Shown here one piece after another: positions 21,332 through 29,757 of a stretch of 64,000 bases of DNA. Both the position numbers and the translations under genes were made by a program. Each line of letters starts with the position of its first letter. Positions within the stretch are counted from its first letter, which is position 1. This stretch comes from an uncultured Candidatus Saccharibacteria bacterium (GTDB lineage Bacteria > Patescibacteriota > Minisyncoccia > Phycocordibacterales > CAZTPW01), in assembly GCA_964615725.1 (NCBI GenBank), contig CAZTPW010000001.1, positions 18,700 through 82,699 on the forward strand, in the 5' to 3' direction. The notes below the pieces were generated by a model. The model saw nothing but the letters and a program-made list of their open reading frames with translations, ran no database searches and was not told where the DNA came from.

Positions 21332-23641
21332 CTACTTAGCAAACTCAACACCTTGATCGAATGAAATTGAGAGAAGTTTTGAAACCCCATCGCCACCCAT
21401 CGTCACCCCGTAGAGCACACCGGCTCGAGACATGGTCTCGCGGTTGTGAGTAATGAGAATAAGCTGAGAATATTGTGAAAGATTTTCAATCATATCGCCA
21501 TATTTGCGGGAGTTCGCCTCGTCGAGTGCAGCATCGGTTTCATCGAGAATAATAAAAGGGGGTGGGTTGACCTGAGACATAGCAAAAAGTAAAGCGATCG
21601 AAGTGAGCGCTCGCTCCCCTCCTGAAAGCATAACGAGACCTTTGATTTTTTTGTGTGGAAGTGAAATAGCAATGTCGATTCCCTCTTTTTGAGGTTCGTC
21701 ATCATCGTCAGAACCAGCACCTTCTTCCATCGCTGCGAGGGCGCCGGAGCCGTCGAGGTCATTTAAGGCATCGTAGTCCGAACGACGGCGCTTCTTTTCT
21801 TCTTTCACAAGGTTGAGCGAAGCAGAACCACCACCGAACATGAGTCCGAAAAATTCATTGAAGCGTTCGTTGATCTTGGCTATACCCTCCCGGAATTCAT
21901 TATTTAATTTTTCTTCGAGCTCGCGAATGAGTTGTTTGAGTGATTCAGCTGATTTCTCGAGATCAGTAATCTCCCGCATCAAAAATGCATCGCGTTCTTC
22001 TGATTCGCGGAATTCTTTCATGACATCTTCGGTGGCACCAGCGGCGCCAAATTCTTCGAGACGGATTTTGATTTTCTCAATCGCTCGGCGGCGTTCAATC
22101 TGGAAGCTACGATCACGAAGATCGATATCAAGTGACGATTGGTCGACTGATGCTTGCTCATAAGCAACAGCTTCACGGCCAACAAGCATTCCAGCTTCAC
22201 CGAGTTCACGTTTAAAATCCTCGTTTTCAATGGTAAGACGATCTTCAATACCTTTTATTCTCGCTAAAATGGTATGAATCTCGCTTTGACGAGCCATGAT
22301 TTTAAGGATGACTTTTTCTGCTTCGAGGCCTCCCTCTTTCTGCTTTTCAATGTCGATTTTGAGGTTGTTGTATTGATCCTGGAGTGATCGCTCGCGCACC
22401 GCAATGTCGGCAAGATTTTTTTCGATAGTGGTTTTTTGTTTGAGAAGATTGTCTCGATCCTGCAGTAGTTGAGTTTTTTCTGTGTCGTCAGTTTTTGTCT
22501 TAAACGTCTGAATGAATGAGGTAAATGAAGAACGAATTTTTCCTAGAACAGAACGCACGCCGCCAAGATCTTCGAGAATCTCGGCTTCGCGGACAAGTTG
22601 ATCAATAACACCAGCAAGTGACTGTACGTCGCGGAGATATACGGTTTTTGTATCTTCAATGAGTGCGGCCTGCTCGATACGTTTTAATGATCGATCAATA
22701 CCTGAAATCTCTCCCTCAATGTGGCCGATATCGCGATGGAGCGCGTCTTTTGATATACGCTCTGATGTGAGTTTTTGCTCAAGGGCAAGGAGATCTTGAG
22801 AGTGACCTCCCTGCTCTCCTGCCTTTTGTGATGCTTGAAGGGTGGCGCGCGCCTTTTCAAGCTCCTGCTCAAGCTGCTTGAGCTCCGCTTGTGGCGCGCG
22901 CTTCTCTTGCTCAACAACATCTTTCTGATGCTTTAGATAAAAATGCTCACGGTGAAAATACTCTCGATACTGCGCTCGAAGGGCGTCTTTCGTTTCACGA
23001 GCTTTTTCAAGCTTTTCAACCTGCTTTCGCAAAAACTTCAGATGGGGCGCGAGTTCACGACGTAGCGACTCAACTTGCTTGATATTCTCTTCGGTCTTTT
23101 CGAGCTTTTTCTCTGACTCGGTTCGCTTGTACTGATAGATTTTCAAACCAAGAGCATCCTCGATCATTTCGCGTCGCTCTTTGATATTTGCATTCAAAAT
23201 TCGGTCAGCTTCACCCTGAGAAATAATATGGTGACCTGTTGCACCGATGTGTGCACCAGCCAAAAGCTCAACAACATCACGCAATCGCACGAGTGATCCG
23301 TTGATAAAATATTCATTTGAAGAATCGCGATGTACTACACGCTCAATCACCACTTCATCAAAATCCATCGACAAAACACGGCGACGATTATCAAAGACTA
23401 CTTTCACACTCGCTCGATTCATTTTTCCAACTTTATTGGAACCATTGAAAATAAGATCCTCACCCCGCTTACCTCGCATCGACTTAATCGACTGCTCACC
23501 AAGCACAAAACGGAACGATTCTGCAACGTTGGACTTTCCAGAACCATTCGGCCCAACAATAGCCGTAATCGGGGACGTAAAATCAAGCGTCCCTTTCTTG
23601 GCAAATGACTTAAATCCGGAGATCTCGAGCGATTTCAGCAT
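21332..23641 (-). CDS. smc: short SMC-family chromosome segregation ATPase
   Basis: GFKSF, Walker A GPNGSGKS, signature LSGGE, Walker B/D-loop ILDETDAALDE; 769 aa. Confidence 0.9.
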   Translation of the reverse strand: MLKSLEISGFKSFAKKGTLDFTSPITAIVGPNGSGKSNVAESFRFVLGEQSIKSMRGKRGEDLIFNGSNKVGKMNRASVKVVFDNRRRVLSMDFDEVVIERVVHRDSSNEYFINGSLVRLRDVVELLAGAHIGATGHHIISQGEADRILNANIKERREMIEDALGLKIYQYKRTESEKKLEKTEENIKQVESLRRELAPHLKFLRKQVEKLEKARETKDALRAQYREYFHREHFYLKHQKDVVEQEKRAPQAELKQLEQELEKARATLQASQKAGEQGGHSQDLLALEQKLTSERISKDALHRDIGHIEGEISGIDRSLKRIEQAALIEDTKTVYLRDVQSLAGVIDQLVREAEILEDLGGVRSVLGKIRSSFTSFIQTFKTKTDDTEKTQLLQDRDNLLKQKTTIEKNLADIAVRERSLQDQYNNLKIDIEKQKEGGLEAEKVILKIMARQSEIHTILARIKGIEDRLTIENEDFKRELGEAGMLVGREAVAYEQASVDQSSLDIDLRDRSFQIERRRAIEKIKIRLEEFGAAGATEDVMKEFRESEERDAFLMREITDLEKSAESLKQLIRELEEKLNNEFREGIAKINERFNEFFGLMFGGGSASLNLVKEEKKRRRSDYDALNDLDGSGALAAMEEGAGSDDDDEPQKEGIDIAISLPHKKIKGLVMLSGGERALTSIALLFAMSQVNPPPFIILDETDAALDEANSRKYGDMIENLSQYSQLILITHNRETMSRAGVLYGVTMGGDGVSKLLSISFDQGVEFAK

Positions 23642-23711
23642 GGTAGTATGTGTGTTTATTTTACCTTAGTTTGAGGTGGAGAAAAAGCTCTGCGTTGGGG
23701 TATACTGGGGT

Positions 23712-24386
23712 ATGCAACAGAACGCGGTCCGTATTGAAGAATCCTGGAAGCGCCATCTCCATACTGAATTCTCAAAAGAGTACTTTCAATTGCTTTCGGC
23801 TTTTGTGCGTGATGAATACAAGCATCACACGATATATCCGAGCCCCAAAGACATTTTTCGAGCCTTTGACCTCTGCCCCTTCGAACACGTCAACGTCGTT
23901 ATTATCGGTCAGGACCCCTATCATGGACCGGATCAAGCGAATGGACTTTCTTTTGCTGTACACGAAGGAGTTCGTCTTCCGCCATCACTTCAAAATATTT
24001 TCAAAGAAATTACAAGCGACCTCGGCATCACACCAAACACTCATGGCGACCTCTCACGCTGGGCCGAGCAGGGTGTCCTTCTCCTCAATGCCACCCTCAC
24101 GGTCCGCGCCAATACCCCTGGCTCACACCAGAAAAAAGGTTGGGAGGAATTTACCGATGCGGCGATCAAGGCTTTGTCAGATGGGCGTGAAAATCTCGTC
24201 TTTATCCTTTGGGGAAATTATGCAAAGCACAAAGGTGCAATAATCGACCGAAAGAAACACTATGTCATTGAATCTCCTCACCCATCACCATTTTCAGCAC
24301 ACCAAGGATTTTTTGGCTCAAAACCTTTTAGCAAAACGAATGAATACCTTTTGAGACAAGGAAAAACGCCGATCGATTGGCGTTGA
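23712..24386 (+). CDS. ung: uracil-DNA glycosylase family 1
   Basis: GQDPYH, PPSL, HPSP motifs; start MQQNAV 5 nt after TATACT. Confidence 0.96.
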   Translation: MQQNAVRIEESWKRHLHTEFSKEYFQLLSAFVRDEYKHHTIYPSPKDIFRAFDLCPFEHVNVVIIGQDPYHGPDQANGLSFAVHEGVRLPPSLQNIFKEITSDLGITPNTHGDLSRWAEQGVLLLNATLTVRANTPGSHQKKGWEEFTDAAIKALSDGRENLVFILWGNYAKHKGAIIDRKKHYVIESPHPSPFSAHQGFFGSKPFSKTNEYLLRQGKTPIDWR

Positions 24387-24410
24387 TTCCTTCACCTAGT
24401 GCACTAGGAC

Positions 24411-25325
24411 CTACTTACACGAAACGAGCTTGAGAGTGAGTGATGATGACTCAGTGTTACCGCCCACTGCAAATGTCACAGTATTGGCTGTTGGCTCGAC
24501 AACACGAATACGAAATGATCCAGAGCCAGTCTGATTGATTGCTACAGGGGTCGGAATGACTTCATCAACAATATATGGGGCGAGCGTGCCTGTGGTGCGG
24601 ACTGATCGAAGTGTTGCGAGGTATGGAGTGTCTGGGTTGACGGTATATTCAAAATTGAGGTTTGTTGCGCCCGAGCACGCTGCAGGAAGTGTGAGGGTTA
24701 TGCGACCATCAGCTTGATGTACTGGTGAATTTAAGAGAGTTGAATACCCTGTTGCAGTTTTTGTAAGGTATGGCTCAGAATAAAAACTGACGTATCGAGT
24801 AAACTTTGCAAGTGGGCCATCACAAGGGGTACTCGCAAGTCGACATGCTGAATAATACACATGGTTTACGGTAACCCAACCTGAGACGGAAGGGGCGCTA
24901 CCATTTCCTATACCAAGCGATGATGTTGCGGTCCACGATGCAATACCCTGAGCATCTGATGTGAGAATTTTCCCTGCCCCTTGTGATCCATCAATGATCT
25001 GAACTTTTCCTGAAAGGCCGCCTGTCGTTGTGCCAACCTGAAGTGCTATATCGCCTGCAAAGTTTGGATACAGGAGTGTTTGACCAAAGACCTTGAGACC
25101 AACTGAATAGGGATTGCTGGTATTTGTGTTGAGAAAAAGTGCCCCCGTTTTTGCTTGTGCAGTATTTGAAACATTGATAGGTGCTGGAGCATTATTAGCA
25201 GGAGCAACAGTACCTGCGGGTGGATAGGTAAAGGTGCTTTGCGCCTGAAGTGCAGCTACACCCACGACGATAAGGAGGGCTACGATAATGCTCTTAAGGT
25301 GTGTCACCGAGCGAACATATTTCAT
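24411..25325 (-). CDS. secreted/surface fibre-like protein
   Basis: Signal peptide, PPAGTVAPANNAPAPINVSNTAQAKTGAL segment, GKILTSDAQGIASW motif, beta-rich C-terminus. Confidence 0.7.
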   Translation of the reverse strand: MKYVRSVTHLKSIIVALLIVVGVAALQAQSTFTYPPAGTVAPANNAPAPINVSNTAQAKTGALFLNTNTSNPYSVGLKVFGQTLLYPNFAGDIALQVGTTTGGLSGKVQIIDGSQGAGKILTSDAQGIASWTATSSLGIGNGSAPSVSGWVTVNHVYYSACRLASTPCDGPLAKFTRYVSFYSEPYLTKTATGYSTLLNSPVHQADGRITLTLPAACSGATNLNFEYTVNPDTPYLATLRSVRTTGTLAPYIVDEVIPTPVAINQTGSGSFRIRVVEPTANTVTFAVGGNTESSSLTLKLVSCK

Positions 25326-25449
25326 ATATATGATGTTTAGATATAAAAAGGGGCAGCTTTGTGGCTGCCCCTCTATTATACCCCTTTATCAGGATTGTCG
25401 CCCAAGTTATCCACTTCATACTAAATTCTATTTACATCTTTGGGTAAGA

Positions 25450-25534
25450 TTGACAAGGTATGATTTTCTAGGTACTTTTTAGACCTCGCTTCCTGACTGT
25501 ATTTGAGTCTAGGCGAGTGCCTAGTTCTTTGAAA
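25450..25534 (+). promoter_or_regulatory. sigma70 promoter, leader hairpin and boxA-like element
   Basis: TTGACA (25450-25455)-17-TACTTT (25473-25478); hairpin CTCGC...GCGAG 25485-25517; AGTTCTTTGAAA 25523-25534. Confidence 0.65.
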
Positions 25535-25570
25535 TGCGGTGGGTTGCTTCCCACAACTCCAAAATAAACT

Positions 25571-26503
25571 ATGCATCTACAACGAAAGTACGGCGGCCAT
25601 CAGTTGAGTGGTCCCGGTATCTTGCCTGCAAACTCAGCATTCACCCTCGGTCGCTTTGCGAAAACATTGCGAAATAACGGAGGTTCGGTGATTGACCTCG
25701 GACTCGGAACGCCCTTGAATGGCCTGACTACCGAAGAAACCGCTGGCACACTCCTGCGTCACGGAATCAGCCATGTTGTCGGCACCGTCTTCTTCCCGGG
25801 TGATGAAAGCCTCGGCAATCCTGCCACGGAAAAAGGGATGGTGTTGGCGTTGGAAAATTTTGACCGCGCCATCGACTATGCGCTCGATCTTCGTCGCCAC
25901 CACATCACCGTCAGCAAGATTGCGGGGCCATCCGGCTTCTGTGTTGGCTATGACTATCGTACCGAATTCCCTGCCGGAATCACTGCACAGGTAGCGAGGT
26001 TCTACCAGCGCCTTAAACCGCGTCTCGATGACAATGGGCTGATGGTGGTGCTTGAATACCTCCGGCCTGGTGAAAGCATTGGTGCGATCAGCAGTGTTGA
26101 CGATGTTCGTGCCGTTCACAATGCTGTTGGCGGACGGACCGTTCTCTGGCATTTTGATACGGTTCACACACAAGCTTATGACCGAGACATCTTCGAGGAT
26201 CTCACTACGGGCGGAGATATTCTTGGTTACGTTCATGCTCATGGTCCCCTTCGCATCCCTGCTGGTGGGGAAAATATTTTTGACCCAACTGGTGTGTGTC
26301 TGAGGGATTGCACGGACTGGGTACAATTTGCTGAAACACTTGATGGTGTGGGCTACGCTGGTGAAGTGGTAACCGAACCCTTCAGTCGGCAAACCCGTCA
26401 GCAGATTCCTCCGCTCGGTGAAGGTTTGCCTCATCCGGTGCAACCCCGCGAACACCTGCGAATCACCCGCTCCACGTTCAAGAAAGCTGGCGTGATCGGT
26501 TGA
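25571..26503 (+). CDS. sugar phosphate isomerase/epimerase, xylose-isomerase-like TIM barrel (ketose 3-epimerase-like)
   Basis: Metal ligand pattern E (VLEYL), DxxH (DTVH), H (YVH), E (VTEPF). Confidence 0.8.
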   Translation: MHLQRKYGGHQLSGPGILPANSAFTLGRFAKTLRNNGGSVIDLGLGTPLNGLTTEETAGTLLRHGISHVVGTVFFPGDESLGNPATEKGMVLALENFDRAIDYALDLRRHHITVSKIAGPSGFCVGYDYRTEFPAGITAQVARFYQRLKPRLDDNGLMVVLEYLRPGESIGAISSVDDVRAVHNAVGGRTVLWHFDTVHTQAYDRDIFEDLTTGGDILGYVHAHGPLRIPAGGENIFDPTGVCLRDCTDWVQFAETLDGVGYAGEVVTEPFSRQTRQQIPPLGEGLPHPVQPREHLRITRSTFKKAGVIG

Positions 26504-26538
26504 ACTGCCACGATCTGGGATAATCTCGAAAAACAAAC

Positions 26539-26567
26539 AGCCACCGTACCCAGACGGTGGCTTTTTT
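26539..26567 (+). terminator. intrinsic terminator
   Basis: GCCACCGT-acccag-ACGGTGGC-TTTTTT. Confidence 0.85.
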
Positions 26568-26582
26568 CTATCTATTTTTTCG

Positions 26583-27272
26583 CTACCAACCCATCACAGT
26601 GAGGCCTGAAGTAGCAGCCTTTTGCTCTGCTTCCTGCTTTGACTTCCCTTCGCCCTCTGAGATTTTCTTGTCGCGAATAAATAACCCAACAGTGAAAGAT
26701 TTGTCGTGATCGGGACCGTTTTCACGGATGACTTTGTAAACGGGGGTGATGCCCTCAACCTCCTGAGCTTTTTCTTGAAATGCGCTTTTTGCATCAACCC
26801 ATGATTTCTTTGCAACAATTTCGTCAATCATGAAAAGAATATGCTCTTCGATGAATCGAGCCACTATATCATATCCTTGGTCGAGATAGATGGCACCGAT
26901 GAGTGATTCGATAGCATTCGCAAGAATGTACTGTCGCGCCTTACCTTGATCCTTTTTCTCACCACGTGAAAGGAGGAGAAATCCTTCCATACCGAGATTT
27001 GCACCAACTTGGGCAAGGGTTGTGGCATTTACAAGTGCGGAACGAAATGCAGTAAGCTCACCTTCGTTGCTCTTTGGATATTTTTTAAAAAGAAATGCTG
27101 TTGAAACGAGCTCAAGAACAGCGTCACCCAAAAATTCGAGGCGCTCATTATGCTCGAGGTGTGAGCCTTTATTTTCATTGATATAAGAACGGTGCACAAA
27201 AGCCTGACGCAAAAGTGCTTTATCTTGAAAGGTGATTTTGATTTTTAATTCAAATTGACTGAAATCGTTCAT
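26583..27272 (-). CDS. rnc: ribonuclease III
   Basis: NERLEFLGDAVL, C-terminal dsRBD. Confidence 0.97.
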   Translation of the reverse strand: MNDFSQFELKIKITFQDKALLRQAFVHRSYINENKGSHLEHNERLEFLGDAVLELVSTAFLFKKYPKSNEGELTAFRSALVNATTLAQVGANLGMEGFLLLSRGEKKDQGKARQYILANAIESLIGAIYLDQGYDIVARFIEEHILFMIDEIVAKKSWVDAKSAFQEKAQEVEGITPVYKVIRENGPDHDKSFTVGLFIRDKKISEGEGKSKQEAEQKAATSGLTVMGW

Positions 27273-27307
27273 AGTAGGTTGGCTTTGAAAGCCTTTTGCT
27301 GGCGAGA

Positions 27308-28207
27308 TTACTTATTGCCCAAGAGACCGTTTACTGCCTTTGTCACGAGAGGAAGAATATCATTGTAAAAGTTTAGGTCAAGAATTTCATTGAGCTTGAA
27401 CCAGCGTGCATCATCGAGACCTCCAGACTTCTGGAATGGCATTTCCATGTAAGGCGCCTCGGCGAGATAGTACATAACCTGCTTTTTAATCTTGCCTTTT
27501 TCTGGATCTGAAGCGATGTATTCGTTGCTACCAAGTTCTTCACCGACTGAAATAAGATCCAAGCCCATTTCTTTTTTGATAACACGGATCACTGCCTGCT
27601 GATCGGTCTCACCCGGCTCGAAGTGTCCTTTTGAAAGGGTCCAGTGTCCAAAAATATCATGCACGAGACCGAGATAGATTTCCTCGCCATGTCGAGCGTA
27701 GACCACCGCCCCGCCAAGTTTTTCAATAGGAAGATTTTTGAGGTCGACCTGCTTGCTCTTTGGCTTTGAAACATTGTCTTTGCCTGGCTCACCGATTTCC
27801 TTGTAAACAGAACCGAGTACTCCGTTGACGAATTTACCGCTGTTTTCACCGCCGAAGGTTTTTGCGAGTTCGATTGCTTCGTTGATTGCTACTTTTGCTG
27901 GCACTTCATTTCGATCTGAAAAAAGGAGTTCGTAGAGACCGATTCTGAGAATGTTTCGGTCGACGATTGAGATTTTTTCAATAGGCCACTCAGGAGCGGC
28001 TTTTTCGATAATTGTGTCGAGCTCGGGACGCTTTTTGATGATGCTTTCTGCGAGATTGGTGACAAACGAAAAATCGCTCATACCTGGAGCGAATTCCGCT
28101 GCATTGCGAGTCAATGTTTCTTTTACATCAATTTCTTTTTGACCTCGAAAGTCCCACTCAAAGAGTGATTGCATTACAATGGAACGAGCTAGATGTCTAT
28201 TTGCCAT
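27308..28207 (-). CDS. nusB: antitermination factor NusB fused to C-terminal NUDIX-fold domain
   Basis: RHLAR, INEAIELAKTFG..SGKFVNGVL; C-terminal WTLSKGHFEPGETDQQAVIRVIKKEMG. Confidence 0.93.
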   Translation of the reverse strand: MANRHLARSIVMQSLFEWDFRGQKEIDVKETLTRNAAEFAPGMSDFSFVTNLAESIIKKRPELDTIIEKAAPEWPIEKISIVDRNILRIGLYELLFSDRNEVPAKVAINEAIELAKTFGGENSGKFVNGVLGSVYKEIGEPGKDNVSKPKSKQVDLKNLPIEKLGGAVVYARHGEEIYLGLVHDIFGHWTLSKGHFEPGETDQQAVIRVIKKEMGLDLISVGEELGSNEYIASDPEKGKIKKQVMYYLAEAPYMEMPFQKSGGLDDARWFKLNEILDLNFYNDILPLVTKAVNGLLGNK

Positions 28208-28212
28208 GTGTA

Positions 28213-28240
28213 TTGTTTAAGAAATTGATTTTCAAAGAAA
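28213..28240 (-). promoter_or_regulatory. tandem boxA-like elements in rpmF-nusB spacer
   Basis: TTTCTTTGAAAA (28229-28240) and TTTCTTAAACAA (28213-28224). Confidence 0.45.
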
Positions 28241-28261
28241 TAATGTGCTCAATGGGTGATG

Positions 28262-28486
28262 CTATTTTGCTTCCCCTCGTGCCGCAAGCTTTTTCTGCTT
28301 TTTGGCCATTTTTGCTACAATATCGATCACCTGTCGGCCTCGATATTTGCCAGTCTCAGCGCTTGCGCGATGTCGCTGGTGCATTGTTCCTGTTTCTTTG
28401 TCGAGCGTCAATCGAACGCCTTCGAGCGCATGATGCGATCGTCGGTTTCCGGTGTGGGCTCGTGTATGTCTCATTCGTACAACCAT
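28262..28486 (-). CDS. rpmF: 50S ribosomal protein L32 (Cys-free form)
   Basis: [18 protein letters not shown]...HRA...GKYRGRQV; lies upstream of nusB-rnc. Confidence 0.9.
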   Translation of the reverse strand: MVVRMRHTRAHTGNRRSHHALEGVRLTLDKETGTMHQRHRASAETGKYRGRQVIDIVAKMAKKQKKLAARGEAK

Positions 28487-28561
28487 AGTGGTATGTACTG
28501 TACCCTATTTTGCTTTTTTTTGCAAGGTTTTTCAGGAATTTTATGAAAAAGTGGAAGAACG

Positions 28562-28591
28562 AAAAAGGCGCGCGGCTTTCGCACGCGCGCC
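28562..28591 (-). terminator. intrinsic terminator (paralogous to 29431-29465)
   Basis: GGCGCGCG-tgcgaaagc-CGCGCGCC-TTTTT. Confidence 0.8.
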
Positions 28592-28603
28592 CAAGTGCTC
28601 CCA

Positions 28604-29266
28604 CTAATCAGCATAGGTGGTCTCAACTGCGCCCCACATGGTACGCCAACCAATTCGATGGAGAGCGAACAGGAGTACGCCACACATCAGGGTGGATCGG
28701 ATGGCGTACACATACGCCAGAGCGTCATGTTTGAGGTGCGCCGTGTAGATTGCGATGACGCTGGCAATAAAGACACACCACCAGAGAAGGACCGATTCCT
28801 TGTGAGAATCAGCTCGCCACACCTTTTGGATGTTAACGATATACGCAACGACCATCAGGGCTTGGGTCAGGATATTCGGCACGAAGCCGGTTTTTCCGAA
28901 CCCAAACTTGACGATAACCCACACCAAGGCGATGATCGCCGAGATGACGAGGCACCAGACCTGAAACGGCGTGAACTTCGTGACAACGTTCTCTTTAAGG
29001 TTCATATAGAGGGTTGAGAAGAAGATCGCCAAAATCGTAACGGTGCTGGTGATGTTTAATGCGCCACCGACCAAGCTGTGGTTAGATGATGTCCAGTACG
29101 TGCCCGCTGAAAGCAGGATTGCTGTGCCATTGATGATCCACGAAGCGAGGATGGGTTTGACCGTCCCCCGCAAGATGCAGATCACGCCCCAGATCGTTCC
29201 GAGTGTGACGATAACGCTGGAAGAGATCGCACTGATTTCTGCCGGTTGAAGTTGAATCGAGTTCAA
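28604..29266 (-). CDS. multi-pass membrane protein (stand-alone orphan)
   Basis: About 7 hydrophobic helices. Track start 29377 is the -35 TTG; likely start is TTG 29266 after AAGGGA. Confidence 0.7.
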   Translation of the reverse strand: MNSIQLQPAEISAISSSVIVTLGTIWGVICILRGTVKPILASWIINGTAILLSAGTYWTSSNHSLVGGALNITSTVTILAIFFSTLYMNLKENVVTKFTPFQVWCLVISAIIALVWVIVKFGFGKTGFVPNILTQALMVVAYIVNIQKVWRADSHKESVLLWWCVFIASVIAIYTAHLKHDALAYVYAIRSTLMCGVLLFALHRIGWRTMWGAVETTYAD

Positions 29267-29318
29267 GGTAAGTCCCTTGGTTGTGGCCTTACGGCCTAGG
29301 TTGAGGTTGTGGAAGTTT

Positions 29319-29377
29319 TTATAAAAGAACCTTCCTATGTCATGTACTATTATATAATATAATAGTATAAAAGTCAA
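29319..29377 (-). promoter_or_regulatory. sigma70 promoter followed by boxA-like element
   Basis: TTGACT (29372-29377)-17-TATAAT (29349-29354), then GGTTCTTTTATAA (29319-29331). Confidence 0.65.
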
Positions 29378-29430
29378 TGTTTTAGCTATCCCTTGAAAGC
29401 CTTATAGCTAGCCTTATTTTTGATCATAAT

Positions 29431-29465
29431 AAAAAAGGCGCGCGTGCCTTTCGGACACGCGCGTT
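29431..29465 (-). terminator. intrinsic terminator (paralogous to 28562-28591)
   Basis: CGCGCGTG-tccgaaagg-CACGCGCG then CCTTTTTT. Confidence 0.8.
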
Positions 29466-29478
29466 GCAAAAAGAGAGT

Positions 29479-29697
29479 TCACAGTTTCGACTTCGCCCAC
29501 CGGCAGAGCGCTTCACCCCACCCAAGCAAGATCTTCAAAAGACGCTTGCTGAGCTGCTTGAGCTTTTTCAGTTCCCAAGCGACGAATTTCTCTGCGGTTG
29601 CCTTCCCCCCAACCATATAGCCGAGACCATACGATATAAGGAGTGTAAAAAGTACGACTGTGATAAACAGCGAAACTCCAGCAGAAAGAGCATTCAT
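29479..29697 (-). CDS. small membrane protein, leaderless
   Basis: TTGACA-16-TATAAT-7 nt-ATG; one TM helix plus basic amphipathic tail. Confidence 0.6.
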   Translation of the reverse strand: MNALSAGVSLFITVVLFTLLISYGLGYMVGGKATAEKFVAWELKKLKQLSKRLLKILLGWGEALCRWAKSKL

Positions 29698-29757
29698 GAA
29701 TAGCATTATACAATATAAATGTATAATGTCAATATTAAAATTTATCCCTTCCTACTA

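Noticed and set aside
25634-26536. 300-aa antisense ORF opposite the epimerase
   Set aside because: Mirror-frame ORF with no motifs; the promoter, leader and terminator all support the + strand gene.
29267-29377. N-terminal extension of the 28604-29377 ORF
   Set aside because: The TTG start is the -35 hexamer of the gene's own predicted promoter, so the extension covers promoter and leader.
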